54,980 nucleotides of DNA, taken from assembly GCA_964589145.1 (NCBI GenBank), contig CAZPSL010000213.1, positions 1 to 54,980 on the forward strand, in the 5' to 3' direction. Shown in pieces: positions 1 to 7,563 of this stretch. How positions within the stretch are numbered: position 1 is the stretch's first letter; every line of letters starts with the position of its first letter. This stretch comes from an uncultured Anaerolineales bacterium. GTDB lineage: Bacteria; Chloroflexota; Anaerolineae; Anaerolineales; UBA11858. The notes beneath the pieces were generated by a model that did no database searches, was not told the DNA's origin, and was given only the letters and a program-made list of their open reading frames with translations. The position numbers and the translations under genes are program-made.

Positions 1-3
1 TGC

Positions 4-35
4 GGTTATTTTAGCATCATTTTGCGAAAATAACC
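4..35. repeat. Hairpin of the GGT(T/A)ATTTT...AAAATA(A/C)CC family (copy 1 of 3)
   Basis: Arms ggttatttt (4-12) and aaaataacc (27-35) are reverse complements. Related hairpins occur at 19490-19526 and 39726-39762. Confidence 0.5.
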
Positions 36-110
36 TGAATTTTGGGTGAAGAGCGGGATATCTGTTTTGTAACACGAAGATCCGCGAATGAAACCAATAG
101 CACGAATTTG

Positions 111-365
111 GGTGCAGGCAAAAGATGTAGAAATTGAGCATTGCATTGTCGAGTGGTCCCCCACCCCCGACCCCTCCCCCTACCCTCGCCCCTAATCCCT
201 CTCCCACAGGGAGAGGGGAACCAAAGCGGAAATTTTGGGGAGGGGCGTGTTTGTCAGGTGTGTGTGCGGCGCACTTTGTGCGCCGACAACAACACTACAG
301 CACATCCCCCCTTCCTTGGGGAGTGCGAAGCCTGCCCGAAGGGTGAGGGGGGATGGGGTAAACGA
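111..365. mobile_element. One-ended (partial) copy of the GGTGCAGGCAAA-TIR modular MITE-like element
   Basis: Left TIR ggtgcaggcaaaagatgtagaaat at 111-134. It is followed by the GC-rich hairpin modules seen in other copies (ccctctccc..gggagaggg, tgcggcgcac..gtgcgccg, cccttccttgggg..cccgaagggtgagggg). No right TIR occurs before the next gene. Confidence 0.6.
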
Positions 366-411
366 CCTGATACCGAATATGCTGGCAGTAACACGCCTGT
401 TCGGATAGGCT

Positions 412-1734
412 CTAAATCGTTTCGTTGGCATCCACCGAGAGCATCACCAGGCCGCTGATGACTTTGGGGTAGAAATCGGTGGATTTCTGGGGCATCTTCT
501 CGCCGACGGCGGTGCAAGCCTCGACCTGTTCCATGCGGGTGGCGTTGACGATGAACAGGAAGGCGTGCTCGTCTTCGGCGGCGCGAGCATAACCCAGATC
601 AGGTTCGCGCAGATATTCGATGCCCTGCTTGGCGTCAATCTGCGCTTCGGGGATGCCCATGATGCGCTCCAGCAGCAGTTTGTGCAGGATGCTGGCATCC
701 AGTTCGCGCCAGGGCTGGGCACGGTCGGGGGCCAACTCGTCCATAACGGAGACATCCTTCAATTTCAGGAAGTGGAAACGCCCTTTGGTTGCCAGCCCGA
801 AACGTCCGGTTTCACCCACAGCGGCGGACATCTTCGCTTCCAGCGCGGCGCGGTCGGCGACCTCTTCAATCTCAAAGTACGCCGCGGCTTTGGCGAGCAC
901 TTCGTCAGCGGTCATCCGGTCGTAGTCGAAGATCAGGCGGTGCGTGGGCAGGATAACCAGCCCGGGGTTGCTCATGCTCACCAGCGCGACCATCAGGTAG
1001 TTGAAGGCGGCATCGGGCGGGGCATCGGGGAATTTGGCGCGCTGCTCATCCCGGTAGGCGAGCGCGGTTTCGTAACGGTGATGCCCGTCGGCGATGATCA
1101 GGCCGCGCTTGGGGGACATCTCGGCCTGAACGGCGGCAAGCACTTCGGGGTCGGTGACCACCCACAATTTCTGGCGCACGTCCTTCTCGAAGAGTTCGCG
1201 CACATCCACATCGGGCGGGCGCTGAACGGCGGCATCCAGCAGGGCATCCACCCGATTTTGCTCGTCCGGGTAGAGGATGAAGATGGTGCCGAAATAGGCT
1301 TCGGTGGCGCGGGTCAGGTTGAGACGGTCCATCTTGGGGCCGGCGTGGGTGCGCTCGTGGGGCAGGACGATGCCCTCTTCGAAGCGAGCCAGTTCCAGCG
1401 CGCCGATGACGGCTTTGCGGGTGACGGTGCGCCCGTTGAGGGTGAATTCCTGGTGGTAAACGTAGAGCGCCGGGCGCTCCTCGCGCATCAGCACGCCTTC
1501 ATCGAGCCATTTTTGCAGGAAGGCGCGGGCGCGGGTGTAAACGTTTTCCTGCCCGTTGTCGGTTTCGCGCTCCCTGCCTTTGATAACGCGGACGATATTG
1601 TAATCGCTGAGGGCATAGTACTCATCTTGCAGGCCGTGGCGGACGCGGTCGTAAGGCTGGCTGATGACCGCCGCCATGTCGCTGATTTTTTCGGGGTTGT
1701 AACGGATTCCGGTGAAGGGTTTGAAGGTAGCCAT
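412..1734 (-). CDS. DUF1015 family protein
   Basis: ORF 412..1929 trimmed to the ATG at 1734 (MATFKPFTGIRYNPEK...). The N-terminal 65 codons of the long ORF run through a heptamer repeat array. The ADGHHRYETALAY motif is typical of DUF1015. Confidence 0.85.
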   Translation of the reverse strand: MATFKPFTGIRYNPEKISDMAAVISQPYDRVRHGLQDEYYALSDYNIVRVIKGRERETDNGQENVYTRARAFLQKWLDEGVLMREERPALYVYHQEFTLNGRTVTRKAVIGALELARFEEGIVLPHERTHAGPKMDRLNLTRATEAYFGTIFILYPDEQNRVDALLDAAVQRPPDVDVRELFEKDVRQKLWVVTDPEVLAAVQAEMSPKRGLIIADGHHRYETALAYRDEQRAKFPDAPPDAAFNYLMVALVSMSNPGLVILPTHRLIFDYDRMTADEVLAKAAAYFEIEEVADRAALEAKMSAAVGETGRFGLATKGRFHFLKLKDVSVMDELAPDRAQPWRELDASILHKLLLERIMGIPEAQIDAKQGIEYLREPDLGYARAAEDEHAFLFIVNATRMEQVEACTAVGEKMPQKSTDFYPKVISGLVMLSVDANETI

Positions 1735-1740
1735 GGGGGT

Positions 1741-1965
1741 TGGATGTTGGAGGTTGAAAGTTGAAAGTTGGAGGTTGAAGGTTGGAGGTTGAAAGTTGAA
1801 AGTTGGTTGGAGGTTGGGGAGGGTGGATGAGCGAGGGGGATCAGGGGGCTCAGGGAGATTCCCAATCCCCGATACCTGCTCCCTGATTACCCGATCCCCA
1901 CTCCCCAATCCCCGATTACCGATCCCCAATCCCTGATCACCTGATCACCTGATACCTGATTTCTT
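1741..1965. repeat. Short-period degenerate tandem arrays (GTTGRRR heptamers, then CCC(C/T)GAT(T/C)A-type units)
   Basis: gttgaaa/gttggag/gttgaag units run from about 1750 to 1830. gatcaggg..ccctgatc, cccaatcc and cctgatca units run from about 1835 to 1965. The array fills the spacer between the serA-like gene and the DUF1015 start. Confidence 0.85.
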
Positions 1966-1973
1966 GCTCCCAA

Positions 1974-2885
1974 TTACCCTGCCCCGCCTCCCAGAGCGGC
2001 GATGACCTGGCGGGCGACTTCGGCGCCGACGCGGACGGAGGCTTCGCGGGTGCCTGCGCCGACGTGGGGGGAGCCGATCACCTGCGGGAGAGTGAACAGA
2101 CGGTTGCCTTTGGCGGGTTCCTCGGCATAGACGTCGAGCGCAGCCCCGGCGACCTTGCCGCTCTGGATGGCATCGTAGAGCGCGTCTTCGTCGAGGGTGC
2201 CGCCGCGCCCGCAGTTGATCACGTAAACGCCGTCCTTCGCCTGAGCGAGTTCCGCCGCACCGATGATGTTGCGGGTTTCCGCGGTGTAGGGGACGTGGAG
2301 GCTGATGTAGTCGGCGCGGGGGAGCAGGTCAGCGAGGGGCAGCAGTTCGTCAATTTCGGCGGCTTCGCTGACGTAGGGGTCGTAGGCGATGACGGTCATG
2401 CCGAGGGCTTTCGCCCGTCTGGCGGTGGCGCGGGCGATGCGTCCGGCGCCGATCAGCCCCAGGGTTTTGCCGCCGACCTCACTGCCCTTGAACGATTTTT
2501 TCGCCCATTCGCCCGCCCGCATGGAGGCGGTCATCTGCGGGATGTGGCGGGCCAGTGCGAAGATGTAGCCGATGGTCAGTTCGGCGACCGCGTCGGTGGA
2601 GGCGGTGGGGGTGTTGAGCACCTGGATGCCCTTGGCGCGGGCGTATTCCACATCGATGTTATCCAGCCCGACGCCGCCGCGCACGATGGCTTTGAGGCTG
2701 GTCGCGGCGTCAATCAGCGGCTCGCGCACCTTGGTGCGGCTGCGGACAACGATGCAATCGTATTCGGGAATGACTTCCATCAGTTCCTCGGGGGTGATGT
2801 CGGGGCGGTTGACCACCTCGAACCCCGCGGCGGCGATGGTGTCCAGTGCTTCTTGTGCGGTGGGGTCACAGATCAGAACTTTCAT
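1974..2885 (-). CDS. D-isomer-specific 2-hydroxyacid dehydrogenase, short 3-phosphoglycerate-dehydrogenase-like (no ACT domain)
   Basis: 303-aa ORF. It has an NAD-binding GLIGAGRIARATARRAKALGM segment and the catalytic-domain layout typical of SerA-like enzymes. Confidence 0.85.
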   Translation of the reverse strand: MKVLICDPTAQEALDTIAAAGFEVVNRPDITPEELMEVIPEYDCIVVRSRTKVREPLIDAATSLKAIVRGGVGLDNIDVEYARAKGIQVLNTPTASTDAVAELTIGYIFALARHIPQMTASMRAGEWAKKSFKGSEVGGKTLGLIGAGRIARATARRAKALGMTVIAYDPYVSEAAEIDELLPLADLLPRADYISLHVPYTAETRNIIGAAELAQAKDGVYVINCGRGGTLDEDALYDAIQSGKVAGAALDVYAEEPAKGNRLFTLPQVIGSPHVGAGTREASVRVGAEVARQVIAALGGGAG

Positions 2886-2929
2886 CAGGATATCCTTTCA
2901 GGCAGGCAATTCGGAGCACGCCCGCGCTG

Positions 2930-3610
2930 CTAGCGGTTAGATGCTCGCAGCAGAAGCAGGAACAGGTTGATGAAATCCAGGTAAAGGGTGAGTGCGCCAA
3001 TCACAATCAGGCCGCCGCGGGCCGGGTGTTCATCCATCTGCTGCCCAATCTGCTTGATGCGCTGTGCATCGTAAGCGGTCAACCCGACGAAGAGCGCGAT
3101 CCCTGCATAGGTCAGCAGCAGATTCATGCCAGGGAAGAACCAACTGAAAAACCAGGCAATTGACCATCCCAGCAGGAGCATGAAGAGGACATATCCCGCC
3201 GAACTGATGTCCTTTTTGAGCACCATGCCAAGAACGCTGGTCAGGAAGAACACGCCAGCCGTCACCCAAAAAACCTGCGAGATCTGGCTCTCGGCATAAA
3301 TCAAAAAGAGCGAGGCAAAGGTCAATCCCGTGATAGCAGAATAAAACAGGAAAAGCACAAATGCCAATCCGGGGGACATGCGCATGGCAGCCGCGCTGAG
3401 CGCCACCACGATGATAATTTGCACAATAAACAGGCCAAACGCCAGTCCGGGGCGGTACGCCATTCGCAGCATCAGGGGAACGTTGGTGCTTGTCCACGAG
3501 GCGACGAAGCCGGTAACGGCCAGCCCCAGGGCCATGAGCAGATACACTTGAGCCACAAACCCGTTGATACGGGTTTCGCTGACGGAGCGGGTTGCAGTTT
3601 GTGTGGTCAT
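2930..3610 (-). CDS. Bax inhibitor-1 / YccA family membrane protein
   Basis: ORF 2930..3709 trimmed to the ATG at 3610 (MTTQTATRS...); the upstream part translates the 29-nt palindrome. Seven hydrophobic segments and a C-terminal LYLDFINLFLLLLR typical of the BI-1 family. Confidence 0.85.
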   Translation of the reverse strand: MTTQTATRSVSETRINGFVAQVYLLMALGLAVTGFVASWTSTNVPLMLRMAYRPGLAFGLFIVQIIIVVALSAAAMRMSPGLAFVLFLFYSAITGLTFASLFLIYAESQISQVFWVTAGVFFLTSVLGMVLKKDISSAGYVLFMLLLGWSIAWFFSWFFPGMNLLLTYAGIALFVGLTAYDAQRIKQIGQQMDEHPARGGLIVIGALTLYLDFINLFLLLLRASNR

Positions 3611-3635
3611 AAGGTTTTCCTTCTGTTTGCGCGGA

Positions 3636-3670
3636 AAGGACTGGCAGTCCTGACAGGACTGCCAGTCCTT
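3636..3670. repeat. GACTGGCAGTCCTG-N-CAGGACTGCCAGTC palindrome (stand-alone copy), probable terminator hairpin for the peroxiredoxin gene
   Basis: aaggactggcagtcctg a caggactgccagtcctt has perfect 17-nt arms. It lies 12 nt downstream of the prx stop codon on the minus strand. Confidence 0.7.
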
Positions 3671-3681
3671 GGTGCCATTTT

Positions 3682-4278
3682 CTATTCGTCCACTTTCCAG
3701 ACTTCCCAAACCTTGCCGACCAGATCGGGGCCGGGCTTGAGGGTGGTCTTGCCGGGCTCCCAGCCTGCGGGAGTGACCTCGCCGGTTTCCATCACATGCT
3801 GGAAGGCCTTGATCTGGCGGATGGTCTCCGAGACCTTGCGCCCGACTTCGGGAGTGAGTACCTCCATTGCCCGGATGTTGAAATCGGGGTCAATGATGAA
3901 GCGCCCGCGAATATCTACGCCGGCTTCCTCGTTGTAAACGCCATAGATGTCGCCAATCCGTCCGCCCTGGTCACTGAGCATCGGGAAGGGAAAACCGCCG
4001 TCAACCATCTTGGAGAGTTCTTCTTCTTGCCAAACTTTGTGTGTGAAGCGGCTGTCGGTGCTGACTGCCAGAACCTGGACGCCGAGCGCGTCGAATTCAG
4101 CCTTGTGGGCAGCAACTGCTGCCAGTTCGGTCGGTCAGACAAAGGTGAAGTCGCCGGGGTAGAAGCAAAGCAAAATCCACTTGCCTTTGAAATCGGAAAG
4201 TTTGTAATTCCTGAAGCCGCCTTCAAAATAAGCCGAGGCTTCAAAATCGGGAGCGGGATTTCCTACCAGAGGTTTCAT
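3682..4278 (-). CDS. Typical 2-Cys-type peroxiredoxin (AhpC/Prx1 family) with in-frame TGA at the peroxidatic Cys position; candidate selenocysteine enzyme
   Basis: ORFs 4135..4395 (trimmed to the ATG at 4278, RBS aaggag) and 3682..4008 are in the same frame. They are separated only by the TGA at 4135-4137. The read-through translation is ...FYPGDFTFV-[TGA][35 protein letters not shown]..., which matches the universal FTFVCPTE active site. Confidence 0.75.
4108..4123 (-). promoter_or_regulatory. Candidate bacterial SECIS-like hairpin
   Basis: The mRNA reads UGA CCG ACC GAA CU GGCAGC AGUU GCUGCC. This is a 6-bp GC-rich stem with an AGUU loop, beginning 11 nt after the UGA. Confidence 0.45.
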
Positions 4279-4473
4279 TGTCTTGTTCTCCTTTTGGTTC
4301 TGAATGGAATTATCTGGTGATTTTTGAACGGGCACAAGCGGCCCTTTCGCCGGTTGTACACAGCCCGGTTCCTGTTCACTGTCCGTCATAAACACCTCCT
4401 TTCCGCGGGCCGGATATTATCTGCCAGGATTATACCCCGCCTTCGGCAATTTGAGCGAATTGGAAAACAGCGG

Positions 4474-4655
4474 GGTGCAGGCAAATGTTGTAGAAAAATT
4501 GTCATCTGCTAACAAACCGTGTCAGTTTGGAACCTCATCCCCCCTATGTCCCCCCTCACCCTTCGGGCAGGCTTCGCACTCCCCAGGGAAGGGGGGGATT
4601 GGACCTTTCGGTGTGTGTGCGGCGCACTTTGCGCGCCGCACACACACCTGACCCC
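4474..4655. mobile_element. One-ended copy of the modular MITE-like element (homologous to the left half of copy 29001-29368)
   Basis: TIR ggtgcaggcaaatgttgtagaaa at 4474-4496. The following sequence, aaattgtcatct..aacaaacc.tgtc.gtttggaacc..cacccttcgggcaggcttcgcactcccca.ggaagggggg..gtgtgcggcgcac, is near-identical to 29004-29165. Confidence 0.7.
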
Positions 4656-4664
4656 TCTCTCAGG

Positions 4665-5624
4665 TTACTCCTGCCGAAATTCAGCCAGTTCCAGCGTGCC
4701 TTCCATTTCAATCGGAAAACTGGCGCCGTAAAGTTTAATGCTGGCGCTTTCGATTTCCTGCTTCAGCAAACCGAGATTTGGCTCAAACCACAAATTGTTT
4801 TCCAGAGTCAGAACGGTGTTGATGGAGGTAGTTTCTCCCCCGCTGGTAAACTCAACCGCAACGTTGAAATTGACCGTGCGCTCCAGTCTTATCGCCTGGG
4901 GGAATGATCCGGCCGCCACGCTGATCCCGTCAAAAATGGCTTCGCCGGCGCCGGGAGTATGCCATTCAATTGCGAGCGGGCTGTTTTCCAGCACCGCCGA
5001 GACGGGCTCTCCGTCCATATTGGCAGTAATCTGCCCCGAAGCGGTGTATTCCCCGCGCCATTCGGCATCCCAGTTTTGGGCGCTGAGTTCTGCGTAATTG
5101 GGAACAAAGACGCCATTCTGGTGTTCAACGGTTATTTCGCCGTCCAAATCACCAAACAGGAACCCCAGCAGAACCACCGGCGCGCTGAGAATTGCCCCAT
5201 CATCGCAGGTAACGGTTGCTTCGCTGGTCATGCCGCTCTCCAGGTAGAGCACATTGAGCGTGGCCTCGTTTCCGTTCACCTCGCTAACCGTCATGCTGAC
5301 CTGGCTGGTGCCGCCGTCTCCGGTGACTTTGTAAAGCCACTGGTAACCGGGGATGAGCGGGTAAAAGGTGTTGGCGCAAGGGCCGCCGTCAGCAGGCGGA
5401 GGCGGAACAATCCCGTCCCCCGCGGGCCTCACCTGGATTGGGGTGACAGACACTTCCCTCCCAGGGACAGAAGTATCCAGCGGGGTTACGGAATCCTCCC
5501 CGGTTTCCGGCGGAGGGGCTGTCGTCGGGGCAGGGGTCGGTGTCGGGCTGCCAAAAGGGCCGCAGGAAAGTGCGGTCAACAGAAAAACGGCAAGAACAAG
5601 GTAAATTTTTACTGGGAATTTCAT
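4665..5624 (-). CDS. Hypothetical secreted lipoprotein with a Pro/Thr-rich linker
   Basis: ORF trimmed to the ATG at 5624 (RBS ggagg). Signal peptide MKFPVKIYLVLAVFLLTALSC with a lipobox Cys, then PTPTPAPTTAPPPE. No family recognised. Confidence 0.7.
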   Translation of the reverse strand: MKFPVKIYLVLAVFLLTALSCGPFGSPTPTPAPTTAPPPETGEDSVTPLDTSVPGREVSVTPIQVRPAGDGIVPPPPADGGPCANTFYPLIPGYQWLYKVTGDGGTSQVSMTVSEVNGNEATLNVLYLESGMTSEATVTCDDGAILSAPVVLLGFLFGDLDGEITVEHQNGVFVPNYAELSAQNWDAEWRGEYTASGQITANMDGEPVSAVLENSPLAIEWHTPGAGEAIFDGISVAAGSFPQAIRLERTVNFNVAVEFTSGGETTSINTVLTLENNLWFEPNLGLLKQEIESASIKLYGASFPIEMEGTLELAEFRQE

Positions 5625-5625
5625 G

Positions 5626-6045
5626 TTAGTCCTCCGGATCAATCATGCCAGGCTGTTCGATATCGATGATTTCACCATGTACATCAATGCGGATGCGGAA
5701 ACCGGTCATGCCAAGATAGGCACGGGCTTCTTCTGGAATGCCGGTTTGCAAAATTTTCTCAAATTGCTGATCAAGTTGCCTGAGTTGGGTTTCAATCATC
5801 GCCCGCGAAAAAATGTCATCCTGTCCAAGCATTTTGGCGGCCTGCTCGCTGAGCAGACTTTCGTGGCCTTCGATGCTCTCCCGGATAACGCGCAAAACCT
5901 GAAGATCCACCTGTTCTGACGGGATATGCCGACGGAAACCGGCATCGTCCACCACGTAGCAGGGCTCGCCGCCCACATACGCAACATTGACGGGGTTATC
6001 ATTTTCATCGGTAATCAAACCGGCAAAAAGGGGCTGTTTTGACAT
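5626..6045 (-). CDS. Hypothetical cytoplasmic protein (139 aa)
   Basis: ORF 5626..6375 trimmed to the ATG at 6045 (MSKQPLFAGLITDEND...), because the longer form overlaps the proline dehydrogenase gene. Its TAA lies 1 nt from the downstream lipoprotein ATG. Confidence 0.6.
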   Translation of the reverse strand: MSKQPLFAGLITDENDNPVNVAYVGGEPCYVVDDAGFRRHIPSEQVDLQVLRVIRESIEGHESLLSEQAAKMLGQDDIFSRAMIETQLRQLDQQFEKILQTGIPEEARAYLGMTGFRIRIDVHGEIIDIEQPGMIDPED

Positions 6046-6121
6046 AAGATCACCTGTAATTCGGGTTATCGCTCCAAAACCGCAGTATTGCAGGCGCAGC
6101 CGGGGAAAGTGCCCGCCTGCG

Positions 6122-7084
6122 CTAACCGCGCAAAAAATTGGAGATAAAAAACCATAAATTCGCGGGGCGTTCCGCCAGACGGCGCACAAAGTAAGGGTAC
6201 CACTCGGTTCCATAAGGGACGTAAACCCGTACGGGGTAACCCTCGGCGGCCAGTTGCTCCTGCAAGTCGCGGCGGATGCCGTAGAGCATCTGAAACTCCA
6301 TTGCCCGTTGGGGCAGGCCTGTCTGCCGGGCGTACGCCCTGGCGTGCCGGATGCGATTCTCGTCATGGCTGGCAATCGCCGGAATAGGCGGAATGTGCCC
6401 GTCAGCGCTCACCGCGGGGCTGCCGGCGAGCAGCGCCCCTGAAATCAGCATCTCAGCCAGCAGATCAAAATTGTCGTCTACATCACCCTTGCGGACAAAA
6501 GCAATTTCCGGCGGCTCTTTGTAAGCCCCCTTACACAAACGTACCGGCGCACCGGTTTGCGCCAGGTTATAGATGTCCTCCGCGGAACGATACAGGTAGG
6601 CCTGAATAACAATCCCCACATGGCCGTCAAACCCCTCCTGCCGCATCTGCTGGAACACCGTAATAGTAACGTCAGTGTAGGACGAATCTTCCATGTCAAT
6701 CCGCACAAAGTTGCCCAGGTCTTTGGCCTTCTGAAGGATGAGACGCAGGTTTTCCTCGTACAGGGAACGATCGAGGGCCAGGCCGATCTGGCTGGGCTTG
6801 ATCGAAACCCCGGATTTCACCCGCTGACGGTCAATCTCCTCCAAAATCGAGATGATCTCGCCTGTAGCACGGCGGGCCTCGTCGGCATCGGTAACGCTCT
6901 CGCCGAGATGATCAAGCGTGGCGCAGATGCCCTTCTCGTTCAGGCTGCGAATAGCGCGGATAGCATCAGCCGCCGTCTCGCCGGCCACGAACCGCGAAGC
7001 CACCTGCCAGGCAACCGGCCAGCGGGTGACAATCTGGCGCGCCCAGGATGCTTTGGATAGGTAAATCAAAATCGCTCGCAACAT
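6122..7084 (-). CDS. Proline dehydrogenase (monofunctional PRODH)
   Basis: 320-aa ORF with the family-typical length and TIM-barrel sequence (..ATLDHLGE.., ..RIDMEDS.., ..VRLCKGAY.., ..YVPYG..W..Y..RRLAERP). Confidence 0.88.
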   Translation of the reverse strand: MLRAILIYLSKASWARQIVTRWPVAWQVASRFVAGETAADAIRAIRSLNEKGICATLDHLGESVTDADEARRATGEIISILEEIDRQRVKSGVSIKPSQIGLALDRSLYEENLRLILQKAKDLGNFVRIDMEDSSYTDVTITVFQQMRQEGFDGHVGIVIQAYLYRSAEDIYNLAQTGAPVRLCKGAYKEPPEIAFVRKGDVDDNFDLLAEMLISGALLAGSPAVSADGHIPPIPAIASHDENRIRHARAYARQTGLPQRAMEFQMLYGIRRDLQEQLAAEGYPVRVYVPYGTEWYPYFVRRLAERPANLWFFISNFLRG

Positions 7085-7270
7085 GGTTTCTCCTCAATTC
7101 GGGTAGTTTGTGAAAGTTCGGAGCACAATCCGGTCAGGTCAAAAAACTTTGGATTCCAGGGTCTTCGCACTGACCGCCTGACTACTATCCTAACTCAAAC
7201 CGCCCGAATTCTCCAGTGCCTAACCTAACAAAAAGCGGTGAACTTTGGCAGGAAGGCTCGCAGAAACACC

Positions 7271-7476
7271 CGGATGCAGGCAAATGTTGCAGAAATTCCT
7301 ATGTATTTCCCTCGCCCCGCACACAAGACTGGCAGTCCTGGCAGGACTGCCAGTCTTCATTTGGCGAACAGGACAAGCATCGAGCACCCCGCCCCGCCGG
7401 GGGGAGGGCAGGGGAGGGGGGGAAAGGAAGCAGCGCCCGCATGACTGCCCAATTTCTACATCTTTTGCCTGCGCCC
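7271..7476. mobile_element. Complete modular MITE-like element (about 205 bp) carrying the 29-nt palindrome
   Basis: Left TIR cggatgcaggcaaatgttgcagaaat. Right TIR atttctacatcttttgcctgcgccc, the reverse complement of the left. The internal gactggcagtcctggcaggactgccagtc lies at 7327-7355. Confidence 0.8.
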
Positions 7477-7563
7477 TCGAAATCCTTCTGCCGCCTGGCC
7501 CGCCCTGAAATCTGGTAAACTTAAACACCTTTTGCTGATTGCTCAATTCCCCCTGGCCTGACC

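Noticed and set aside
134-517. Small ORFs inside repeat elements (134..346, 141..458, 192..431, 254..517; likewise 7216..7546, 20330..20807, 28913..29445)
   Set aside because: They translate the GC-rich hairpin modules and palindromes (recurrent DWQSWQDCQS and SPLPWGVRSLPEG peptides in both orientations). The same DNA recurs in non-coding contexts, so these are repeat artefacts.
565-1764. 399-aa plus-strand ORF
   Set aside because: It lies antisense to and fully inside the DUF1015 gene. Its composition is Gly/Ala/Val/His-rich, typical of a shadow frame in high-GC DNA, and it has no recognisable motifs.
412-1929. Long N-terminal extensions of several ORFs: 412..1929, 2930..3709, 21991..23463, 39834..40922, 40457..41725, 47629..49617 and 13006..13986
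   Set aside because: The extensions run through repeat arrays, MITEs or a neighbouring gene. Internal ATGs with Shine-Dalgarno-like sequences coincide with the start of family homology, so I trimmed to those.
1741-1965. CRISPR array interpretation of the short-period repeats, also for 38083-38316 and 50697-50817
   Set aside because: The units are 7-8 nt with no unique spacers of 25-40 nt, and there are no cas genes. These are tandem microsatellite-like arrays, not CRISPR.
3682-4395. Peroxiredoxin as a simple nonsense pseudogene
   Set aside because: This is not fully excluded, but I disfavour it. The only disruption is a TGA exactly at the catalytic Cys codon, the remaining 150 codons are intact and conserved, and a hairpin sits at SECIS distance.
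7085-7563. Moco/Tuco riboswitch upstream of the tungsten-type AOR gene
   Set aside because: Most of the spacer is a MITE copy, and I could not recognise the conserved Moco-motif helices by eye. A covariance-model search (Rfam RF01055) would be needed to decide.
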